Position numbers and translations under genes: made by a program | The notes under the pieces: generated by a model | What the model was told of the DNA's origin: nothing | Seen by the model: the letters and a program-made list of their open reading frames with translations, nothing else | Databases searched by the model: none | From: Candidatus Kapaibacterium sp. | GTDB lineage: Bacteria; Bacteroidota; Ignavibacteria; Kapaibacteriales; UBA2268 | Reading direction: 5' to 3' | Assembly (NCBI GenBank): GCA_963665665.1 | Contig: OY762428.1 | Span: 3,144,323-3,208,322, forward strand | Length of the DNA: 64,000 bases | Shown here: positions 7,513 to 15,426 of the stretch, one piece after another | How positions within the stretch are numbered: the stretch's first letter is position 1 | How the letters are laid out: every line of letters begins with the position of its first letter

Positions 7513-9753
7513 ATGAATAAACGCTACTTAATTATCGCGGGTATTTCTATTTCGCTGATAGCAATGGAAATTTCCTGGACTCGTATTTTTTCTGCCGAAT
7601 TCTTCTATACCTTTGCTTTTTTGATATTATCTACGGCTGTTCTCGGCATAGGGCTCGGAGGGCTTGCTCTTCGATATGTTAAAGCATTCAACCGTGACGT
7701 AGTGGCAAATCTGTCTATGTCATTGTCAGGTTTGTTTATTTTGCTGGGGCCTGTTCTTGTATTTCAGATAAATCCGGAATTCACAAAGATATTTGCCGGA
7801 TTAACTGATTTTCTGAAGGTATTCAGTTCCGGAATAATTCTCGGGCTTCCCTATTTCTTTGGGGGTATGGCACTCAGTTATTTATTTAAGAAAAATTACA
7901 GTGATATGCCCAGGATGTACATGTGGGATATGGCCGGTGCGGCATTTGGAGTAATAATTGCTATTGCTGCAATGAATATTTGCGGCACTCCGAGGGCTGT
8001 AACATATACTGCTATGCCCATTTTATTTGCCGGGCTTATTGCATCCGGGAATTGGCAAAAGATTATTCCTGCAATATTAATTATTGCAACTGCAATTGGC
8101 GGATTCTTTTCTGAAGATATGCTTCAAAAACAAAACAGGCAGGAAAGAGCAAAGGTTATTTATACTCATTGGGATGCAATGGCGAAAGTAAAAATGTACG
8201 ATTTCGAAGGCCAATACAGGGGGCTGAATATTGATAATGTTGCCAATTCACCGGTTTTTCCGTTTGACGGGGAAATTGACAGGCCGGATTCTTTGAAGTA
8301 TCATTTCAATATTAATGTCGGAAATTTGATTCGTATGTTCGATTCTTGTAGATTTCTTTCGCTTGGCGCCGGTGGCGGCGGTGATGTCCTAATGGCATTG
8401 CAGGAAGGCGCTGCCGAGATTCACGCCGTAGAGGTGGTTCCGCATATTAATGATATGATGACAGAAGGGATGCTATCAGAATATACCGGCAATATGTATA
8501 ATTTACCACAGGTGAAAGTTGTAACAGAAGATGCCCGGGCTTACAGCCGAATGTTCGAAAATAAATTTGATATAATATATTCTTTAAGTTCCAATTCCTG
8601 GGCTGCACTTGCCTCAGGGGCATTTGCCCTTGCCGAGAATTACCTGTTCACCGAGGAGGCTTTCCGGGATTACTGGAATGCTTTAAGCGATAAAGGGTTT
8701 ATGAGCATGGAACATCAGTTCTATATGCCGAGAATTGCAACAATGGTGGAACAGGCGCTTTGGAAAGAAGGGGTTGACGATCCTGACAAACACTTTGCTA
8801 TATATCATCTTCCGCACATGAGAAGAATGCTTCTTCTGCTTTCAAAAAGAGAATTGACTCCTGAGCTTTTGGCTGCTGCTTACGGTAGTTCTGTACCAAA
8901 CAGGAGGGACTATAAGTATTTACTTTATCCGGCAGCTGATTCACTGAAAGGCAACCTGATAAACAGGATAGTTACCGAAGGCTGGGAAAATGTACAGGAT
9001 TCTGCACATGCAGATATTTCTCCATGTTCCGATGACAGGCCATTCATAGCTCAGCTCGGTTTGTGGAAAAATTTCAAATCTGACAATATGGAACAACTGC
9101 CGCAATACGAATTTATGGGTTATCCGTTGTCCAAGCTGATCATTTTAATGATATTGGCATTAGCGCTGATAATTATACTACCGTTAAATTTAATACCTTT
9201 TGCGTTTAAATCTTCAAGGCTCGGGATTCGGCCATGGATGTATTTTTTTATGATAGGTATGGGATTTATGATAATAGAGGTGATATTAATTCAGCAGTAC
9301 TCCCTGTTTATCGGGCCATCTGTATGGAGCATTATTACCGTGCTTTTCACCATGCTGATTGCTTCCGGTATCGGCAGCCGCTATTCGGAAATGTTTGCTG
9401 ATAAAATTGTGTTCATGGCAATAATTGCCTGGGTAGCGCTCAATATTCTTGTTTTTACAAACCTGTTCGGAGTTTTTGGCGGGCTTCCTTTAGTACCGCG
9501 TATGCTGATTTCAGCAATAATGATAGCCCCGGGTGGTTTTTTCATGGGTATGCCTTTTCCAAAAGCTGCACAGAAAGTCGGTGAAAATGTGGACTGGGGC
9601 TTTGCCGTGAATGGTATGGCCTCGGTTCTTGGTTCTACCGGGATACTTCTGGTAGCATTCGAGTTCGGATTTGATATATCACTTGTTGTGGGCGCCTTGT
9701 GCTATTTAATTGCTATGTTTTTATCGGGTTTTAATAAACCTGTACAGGCATAA
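7513..9753 (+). CDS. Polytopic membrane protein with a fused spermidine-synthase-like (aminopropyltransferase) domain
   Basis: N- and C-terminal multi-TM regions; central LSLGAGGGGDVLMAL...VEVVPHINDMM...DIIYSLSSNSW resembles the SpeE GGGDG and acidic-site motifs. Confidence 0.6.
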   Translation: MNKRYLIIAGISISLIAMEISWTRIFSAEFFYTFAFLILSTAVLGIGLGGLALRYVKAFNRDVVANLSMSLSGLFILLGPVLVFQINPEFTKIFAGLTDFLKVFSSGIILGLPYFFGGMALSYLFKKNYSDMPRMYMWDMAGAAFGVIIAIAAMNICGTPRAVTYTAMPILFAGLIASGNWQKIIPAILIIATAIGGFFSEDMLQKQNRQERAKVIYTHWDAMAKVKMYDFEGQYRGLNIDNVANSPVFPFDGEIDRPDSLKYHFNINVGNLIRMFDSCRFLSLGAGGGGDVLMALQEGAAEIHAVEVVPHINDMMTEGMLSEYTGNMYNLPQVKVVTEDARAYSRMFENKFDIIYSLSSNSWAALASGAFALAENYLFTEEAFRDYWNALSDKGFMSMEHQFYMPRIATMVEQALWKEGVDDPDKHFAIYHLPHMRRMLLLLSKRELTPELLAAAYGSSVPNRRDYKYLLYPAADSLKGNLINRIVTEGWENVQDSAHADISPCSDDRPFIAQLGLWKNFKSDNMEQLPQYEFMGYPLSKLIILMILALALIIILPLNLIPFAFKSSRLGIRPWMYFFMIGMGFMIIEVILIQQYSLFIGPSVWSIITVLFTMLIASGIGSRYSEMFADKIVFMAIIAWVALNILVFTNLFGVFGGLPLVPRMLISAIMIAPGGFFMGMPFPKAAQKVGENVDWGFAVNGMASVLGSTGILLVAFEFGFDISLVVGALCYLIAMFLSGFNKPVQA

Positions 9754-9889
9754 TGAAATATTAGGGTAAATCAAAAAAGCCTTCCGGACATTTTGGACGG
9801 GAGGCTTTTTGTTTGCCAGCTGAAAAAATTATGATGGAATTAATGGCTTATGAATTTATGGATATTGTGAATCTGCCGATAAGCAAGTA

Positions 9890-10522
9890 TTATCGGAAAT
9901 CGATAATTTCAACTCCTTCGGGCGGAGTGAATTTAAAACTGTTGCTACTGATATTACTGTTTACATTTAAATTTTCAATTATCCATTTCAGAAAATCATT
10001 ATCTGATTCGATACCTACCGCGATTATCGAGAGGTCTTTCTTCGAAAGCCATATTTTAACCCTGCGAATATCATTTATTGCTTCATCTTCATTATCAGGT
10101 TCCAGTTCCAGGAAATAGACGCTTCCCCTGCCGGATTCAGTCATCGAGGTAAGGCCAACGGGGTAATACTTTTCAAGAAAAATAAAAAAGAACTGCTCCA
10201 GGCCGGCATCAGCACTTTCTGCATCATAATCGCTGATAACTACATTTTTATCTGTTTTTGAATAGTTCCATATTGTTTCACCGTCGCATACTATCCGGCG
10301 TGTTCCAAGAAGCAGGTTGTATTTATTCCCACGTACCGCCTTCAGCTTTCCTTTCAGCCCGGGTTCACTTTCCAGCGAGAAATCAACAGAAACAGATTCA
10401 ATTTCACCGTATTTGGCAATCAGGTTGTTGTAAACATCGTCTTTGTCCGGTTCAAGGGCAAAAACCGGTAAAATACTATTCAGCAGCAGAAGCAATCCCG
10501 TAATAATTGTTTTTTTTATCAT
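9890..10522 (-). CDS. LolA-like outer-membrane lipoprotein carrier/sorting family protein. The ORF track extends to 10597; the likely start is the internal MIKKTII.
   Basis: Signal peptide MIKKTIITGLLLLLNSILPVFA. Length, secreted context and hydrophobic C-terminal segments are consistent with a LolA-like fold. Confidence 0.45.
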   Translation of the reverse strand: MIKKTIITGLLLLLNSILPVFALEPDKDDVYNNLIAKYGEIESVSVDFSLESEPGLKGKLKAVRGNKYNLLLGTRRIVCDGETIWNYSKTDKNVVISDYDAESADAGLEQFFFIFLEKYYPVGLTSMTESGRGSVYFLELEPDNEDEAINDIRRVKIWLSKKDLSIIAVGIESDNDFLKWIIENLNVNSNISSNSFKFTPPEGVEIIDFR

Positions 10523-10526
10523 AATA

Positions 10527-11357
10527 TTAATTATCCCTGATCTTTGCATCGACTTTACCCCGAACACCTGAATATTTTGTAAGCTCGGCCCCGACATATC
10601 CTATCAGTATTTTTGTGGCTACCTTCACCGGAATTTTCCTGTCATCATCAGTAAGCCACACAAGAATTTTACCTTCGCTTTTAAACAGCCCGCCTTTAAC
10701 AACCATTGGCTCGACAACTACGCATTTAAACTCTCCGGCTTTTACTTCAATTGTCTGCCTGCCCCGAATTTTCACTCCGAGCTGGTAAGTAGAATCCTTG
10801 TAGAAATTCTTCAGCATAATAGTGCTGTCCTTTGGAATATTTTTCAGGTCCATAGTCCGCACGTAAAACAAAGCAGAAACAATATCATGAACATAGGGCG
10901 GGATATCAAAAGTATCGGTTTTCTTTTTATTGCGGGTATATGCCTTATGATTTTGCTGGTCGAAATCGGCATACATATCTCTTTTATATTTTCCTTCGCG
11001 AATATGCTGTTCGAAAAGATAGGGGAATATCCCGCCAATATCAATTACAGTCCTGTAGGCGTCTTTCACCCGGTATAGCATATCAAGAGCTGGAAGAGAC
11101 CTTACCTCGAAGCGGATATCATAGCATTTTCTGCCGTCGATAACCACAGGTTCCGGCAGAATATGGAAATATCCCGTTCCGGCAGTAATAAATTTGTAAC
11201 CAACATCGTATTCAAGTTTCTCTCCAAGTCCGAATGCTTCGTTCGGAACGTAGCGGTACGAAGGAGTTTCAAAGTCGGATTTTTCCTGTGCAGTAGAAAG
11301 GGAATGAATTCCGGCCACAGAAAATATTATCAGTATTATTTTAAAAATTTTATGCAT
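10527..11357 (-). CDS. Secreted DUF3108-like protein
   Basis: Signal peptide; architecture and conserved patches resemble the Bacteroidota DUF3108 family; co-oriented with the LolA-like gene with a 4-nt gap. Confidence 0.4.
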   Translation of the reverse strand: MHKIFKIILIIFSVAGIHSLSTAQEKSDFETPSYRYVPNEAFGLGEKLEYDVGYKFITAGTGYFHILPEPVVIDGRKCYDIRFEVRSLPALDMLYRVKDAYRTVIDIGGIFPYLFEQHIREGKYKRDMYADFDQQNHKAYTRNKKKTDTFDIPPYVHDIVSALFYVRTMDLKNIPKDSTIMLKNFYKDSTYQLGVKIRGRQTIEVKAGEFKCVVVEPMVVKGGLFKSEGKILVWLTDDDRKIPVKVATKILIGYVGAELTKYSGVRGKVDAKIRDN

Positions 11358-11874
11358 GATAATTATCTTTATTAAAAAAATTAATTTACATTATTCTTTG
11401 CAAACCGGCAAGATTAATTTTGAAGTATAGATTTTGACGGTTATCAATTATATTTTCACATTTTTCTTTTTTGCCAGGGTATGCAGTGCTTGTTTTAAAT
11501 TCCTGATGATATATTAATCCTGTTTCAACATTCAGCCTGCTCCCTTTTTTACCTGACGGCTGAAGAAAAAGAAATTGTCGATCCTTATATTATAAACGGT
11601 TGAAATTTCCAAAGGTTCATAATTTTCAAGTGAAATTATGTAATCGGCTCTTTTAATTGAGGCCCTTAATATTATTCTTTTGCCATTAGGAACGAAATTC
11701 CGAGAGTTTTTTTATGCCGGCATCCAAAGCTTCAAAATAAATTATTGAAGGCATATTTTAACACGCGTACATATATATCCGGCGCATCCCGGGTAAATAT
11801 TCTTCCGGTAAATTTGAACACGGGAGTCAAATAATTTTATAATTTCCGGGCTTCTGAAAAGAAAGATTTCAACT

Positions 11875-12174
11875 TCACGAAATATTGATTCCTTTCATTA
11901 TAAGCTGTTCCTGCAGGTGGTTCTTAAGCACCCTGCCCCGATAGGTTAAGCGTGAGAAGCTGCATTCCCGACCGTTCAGAATAGTGCCGCGCAAAAAGCC
12001 CTGCTCAATAAGCCGGCGGGCGCCTCGGTATATATCCTGATCGCTGTATTTATTCAGTAATTTATTTGTTTCCGATACAGATTCGAGAATAAGATAAAGT
12101 AACTCATCGGAAAATTTTGGTTCCGGTTCCATGTCGTCGAAAAATGGCTGTTCAAATTCAATACTTCCTATCAT
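11875..12174 (-). CDS. Small hypothetical protein (99 aa), translationally coupled to the upstream S24 peptidase gene
   Basis: ATGA start/stop overlap with 12171..12782. Confidence 0.35.
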   Translation of the reverse strand: MIGSIEFEQPFFDDMEPEPKFSDELLYLILESVSETNKLLNKYSDQDIYRGARRLIEQGFLRGTILNGRECSFSRLTYRGRVLKNHLQEQLIMKGINIS

Positions 12175-12782
12175 TGATTTCCTCCCGGTTCAATTCCAAT
12201 AACTTTAGCAAAAATTCTGAAATTCCTGCATTTTTCAATCGGGACGGGCGGGTATTTGCGGTTTTCGGATACAAGATACTTTCCGTTTCGTTCCACGATA
12301 TATTTTTTAATAAACAGCCTGCCGTCCACTTCTGCAATTATTATATCTCCGCTTTTGCACTTCTTTCCCGGTGCTATAATTGCCTTCATGCCTTCGAAAA
12401 TTCCTGCTCCCTGCATTGAATCCCCGTATATCATGCATTCCTTCAGCTCTGAAATATTGATATTTTCAGGTATGCCGGGCATTTCAGTTTCTGAATAAGA
12501 CAGGCGAAAGGGACGCAGCGGGGCATTGAGCCCGAGTATCGTGCCTGTCAGTATGTATTCCGCGTCTTCTTTGGCGTTTTCAAATGCATCCGACCCGCGT
12601 TGCAGGCATTCCCTGCTTAGTATTTCAAGCCTTTCAATATCAGGCCTGCCCGATTCGGCACCGCCGAGCAGGTATTTCCTGCTTAAGCGGTATATATCGG
12701 CATCCGGGGCCATTGCTGCCCAATCCCTGAATTCAGCCTTAGTCATCATTTTTCTTTCTCTGGTTAAGAATGTCGCCTGCAA
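12171..12782 (-). CDS. S24 (LexA/CI-like) serine peptidase domain protein with a ~110-aa unknown N-terminal extension and no HTH
   Basis: C-terminal ECMIYGDSMQGAGI...GDIIIAEVDGRLFIKKY supplies a Ser/Lys dyad in S24 spacing. Confidence 0.6.
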   Translation of the reverse strand: MQATFLTRERKMMTKAEFRDWAAMAPDADIYRLSRKYLLGGAESGRPDIERLEILSRECLQRGSDAFENAKEDAEYILTGTILGLNAPLRPFRLSYSETEMPGIPENINISELKECMIYGDSMQGAGIFEGMKAIIAPGKKCKSGDIIIAEVDGRLFIKKYIVERNGKYLVSENRKYPPVPIEKCRNFRIFAKVIGIEPGGNQ

Positions 12783-13161
12783 CGGCGCTTATCAGTTCCA
12801 GCTTTTCGTCCATACTCATTTTTTTTGTATCCAGGCTGGCACTGCCAATCGGGATAACCTTATCGTTATGAAATACTTCACTTTCTTCAAGGCGTTCTTT
12901 CAGTATTTTGCCGGCACGGTTGGCAGCAAAAATACTTTCCTCGCCCGTAAGTATAAAAACCGGGTTTATACCTTTGCGGTAGAGCTTAACAAGAAGTTCC
13001 GGGGGAACTCCGGAACGCCCGTTTTCGTAATTGCGGATCTTGTCCTGGCTGACATTAAGCAATTGGGCAAACTGCGAAGCCGACAGCTTCACGCCCTCGT
13101 TGAATATGTTTACCCTGATTTCCCGCAGCCTTCTGCCAATTTCTATTCCTATCTTATCCAT
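12739..13161 (-). CDS. XRE-family helix-turn-helix transcriptional regulator (Cro/CI-like)
   Basis: N-terminal LSASQFAQLLNVSQDKIRNYENGRS HTH; immediately upstream of, and overlapping, the S24 peptidase gene. Confidence 0.65.
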   Translation of the reverse strand: MDKIGIEIGRRLREIRVNIFNEGVKLSASQFAQLLNVSQDKIRNYENGRSGVPPELLVKLYRKGINPVFILTGEESIFAANRAGKILKERLEESEVFHNDKVIPIGSASLDTKKMSMDEKLELISAVAGDILNQRKKNDD

Positions 13162-13294
13162 ATTTTATAAACTATTTTTAAAATAAACAAAAATAATTTA
13201 CTTGGAATATAAGCAATATATACATATATTACAAGTAAAAATTACCAAAAATAATTGTATATATTACATTTGTAATAAAATAAGGTAAAAAATC

Positions 13295-13534
13295 ATGCAA
13301 CAATCAAAGCAAAATGCAAGTGCTGCCGACAGGCTGGAGAAGGCCGGGGAAATTCTCGGGAGTGCCCTGAAGGAAGCCGAGAGCAAAAAGCTGATAAGCC
13401 CCACTTTAAGGTCGGACCTTGAGTTTATAATTGGCGATTTTCTGTTTTCATCAAGCGGGAACGATGCTGAAATCAACTTTCTTATGTTAAACAATAATGG
13501 CTGGGAGCCTGACGGTTATGAACAGTGTTTTTGA
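13295..13534 (+). CDS. Small hypothetical protein (79 aa)
   Basis: ORF with a plausible RBS (aaggtaaaaaatcATG); overlaps an antisense 76-aa ORF, so coding status is uncertain. Confidence 0.3.
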   Translation: MQQSKQNASAADRLEKAGEILGSALKEAESKKLISPTLRSDLEFIIGDFLFSSSGNDAEINFLMLNNNGWEPDGYEQCF

Positions 13535-13784
13535 TCAGATACGCGAAGATGAGCTGACTGACGATTTGAAGCTGGTATCAAAAGTTGTAGGAATTGATGC
13601 TGTAAGAAAAATATTGAAAGATTTTGGCGGCCTGAGTTTTTACATCCCAAAGCTAACACGGCTGGATGGTTTCGTGGACAGGTACATGAAGCAAAACAGG
13701 AATAAAACAGCCAAGCAGATAGCTTTGGACCTTGGCGTGTCCGAGCATTACCTGCGCAGTGTCAGGAAAAGGTTTGGTAATTGA
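13497..13784 (+). CDS. Mor-family (phage Mu middle operon regulator-like) transcriptional activator
   Basis: FGGLSFYIPK followed by the C-terminal HTH AKQIALDLGVSEHYLRSVRKR matches the Mor/C family pattern (FGGxxxYIPK...ELAxxYGxSxxxIxRI). Confidence 0.55.
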   Translation: MAGSLTVMNSVFDQIREDELTDDLKLVSKVVGIDAVRKILKDFGGLSFYIPKLTRLDGFVDRYMKQNRNKTAKQIALDLGVSEHYLRSVRKRFGN

Positions 13785-13806
13785 CAATAGAATACAGGAT
13801 AGAAAA

Positions 13807-14133
13807 TTATCTCATTGATATTCCGAGGTAAGCATGAACCATGCATGCCCAGTCGCCAATGATTTTTCTGTCATCAGTCAGTTCTTTTCGCCAGTCGGTA
13901 TTTTGCCCGGCCTGGCTCATGTTTCTTGCAAGGGCATCAATATTTGAAATAAGGGCGTTATGTGCAGCCGTTCTGTAACTGTCTTTTTCTTTTTTATCAT
14001 CAACAGAAAGAAAGGCCCAGTCAGTCCTTATTCTGGCATATTTAACTACAGAATCGAGCAGTTCAGTTTTCAGGTAATCATTATCAGATTTCATAAGGGA
14101 ATTGTAAATATCAACAACTGAATCCAAAAGCAT
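13807..14133 (-). CDS. Hypothetical protein (108 aa)
   Basis: ORF downstream of the UmuD-like genes on the same strand. Confidence 0.4.
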   Translation of the reverse strand: MLLDSVVDIYNSLMKSDNDYLKTELLDSVVKYARIRTDWAFLSVDDKKEKDSYRTAAHNALISNIDALARNMSQAGQNTDWRKELTDDRKIIGDWACMVHAYLGISMR

Positions 14134-14368
14134 GTATTTCTCCTTGACATAAATTGTACATCAGGAAAAAGATAATAATTAACCATTACCATGCAAGTTC
14201 TTTTTAGTTAATAATTTATATTTTTAAATACTGTAATTTTAGTGTTGATATACTTATTGTTCCGGCAAATTGATTTTTAATTGCTGAAAATGGATTAGTA
14301 CTGACGAATTACCTGATAGCCCGGATAGATAAAATAATCGAGCCTGCCCGGGGGAAAACCATAATCAG

Positions 14369-14821
14369 CTAAATGAGTGAATGTACCACGTGGCGTACTT
14401 TGCCCTGTATGGTGAAAGACATTTCCGGGCTTATCTCAATTGGCAGGAAACGGCTGTTTTCCGATTGCAGATAATAAACACCTTTTTTTTCAATCAGCCT
14501 TTTTACTGTCAGCTCACCGTTCAGAGACGATATAACGATATCGCCGGGGCTGGCAGTATTACATTCCTCAACGATGAGTATATCCCCGTCGAATATATTT
14601 ATATCTATCATACTTTCGCCGTTAACCCTTACAAGATAGAAATTATCCTGGTTTCCTGGCAGAAGGTATTTATAAAGGTCGAGGTCGCCGACATTATTTA
14701 CCCCGGGAATTTTTCCGGCGGGGAATGCTGCATCGAGCAGGGGAGCTTCGAAGCGAAACCTCCTTCCTATCGAACCAAATTTATCAGCCGATAATTTTTT
14801 GCTTTTATAAGAAACTTTCAT
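14369..14821 (-). CDS. UmuD-like S24 peptidase (predicted active; Ser in GESM, Lys in TVKRL)
   Basis: LVRVNGESMIDINIFDGDILIVEE...NGELTVKRL is closely similar to UmuD/LexA catalytic-domain motifs. Confidence 0.7.
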   Translation of the reverse strand: MKVSYKSKKLSADKFGSIGRRFRFEAPLLDAAFPAGKIPGVNNVGDLDLYKYLLPGNQDNFYLVRVNGESMIDINIFDGDILIVEECNTASPGDIVISSLNGELTVKRLIEKKGVYYLQSENSRFLPIEISPEMSFTIQGKVRHVVHSLI

Positions 14822-14846
14822 TTGAAAATATGTGTATTCTTGTTCT

Positions 14847-15275
14847 CTAAATGCTGTGAATTACTTTAGTTACAACACCAACCGGTTTCAGGCCGATATT
14901 TTCTTCATTGATTTCCAAAGGCATAACACTGCTGTCCGGAGCTTCCAGGTATGGCCAGTGCCTTCCTTCCCTGTATATTTTGATAGTGAACGATCCATTG
15001 ACAGATACAACCACAATTCTTCCGTCGGCTGCTTCTATTGCTGTATCAACAACAAGTATATCTCCGTCGGATATATCTAAGTTATAACCGTCAATACCAC
15101 TTATCCTTGCAAAAAAAGTAGCCTTCGGATGTTCTATCAGAAGGTCGTTCAAATCAATTTCCTTGTCGATTTTATCATCAACAGGTACAGGTATTCCTGC
15201 TGAAACAGACATGTTAAAGAATGGCATTTTAGCGCCGGAATAAGGCTTGAAGCCAAATACCTCAACGATTTCCAT
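14847..15275 (-). CDS. UmuD-like S24-fold protein with the nucleophilic Ser replaced by Asp (predicted pseudo-peptidase)
   Basis: SVSAGIPVPV (A-G cleavage-site-like), IDLNDLLIEHPKATFF (very UmuD-like), then ARISGIDGYNLDISDGDILVVD. Aligned against GESM of its neighbour the Ser position is Asp; the Lys in FTIKIY is retained. Confidence 0.6.
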   Translation of the reverse strand: MEIVEVFGFKPYSGAKMPFFNMSVSAGIPVPVDDKIDKEIDLNDLLIEHPKATFFARISGIDGYNLDISDGDILVVDTAIEAADGRIVVVSVNGSFTIKIYREGRHWPYLEAPDSSVMPLEINEENIGLKPVGVVTKVIHSI

Positions 15276-15426
15276 TTTATTGTCCCCTTTTGCTGCTAAT
15301 AATACATGCCGCTAATGCGACACATTAAGTATTATAATATAATGGAAAAGGCAGCACTTATGCAAATTTTTTTTTCGGGTAGTAATTTTTTTTTAATAAT
15401 TGTTTCAATTTTTTAGAAATAGAATG

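Noticed and set aside
11358-11874. Possible decayed gene remnant or attachment site in the ~500-bp non-coding stretch bordering the regulatory islet
   Set aside because: Only short broken frames are visible, with no recognisable protein similarity by eye and no flanking direct repeats that could be paired with the far side of the islet; it is mentioned only as context.
14369-15275. Labelling the tandem S24 genes as a umuDC operon
   Set aside because: There is no Y-family polymerase (umuC/dinB-like, ~350-420 aa) downstream. The next gene is a 108-aa unknown, so only the UmuD-like domain call is supported.
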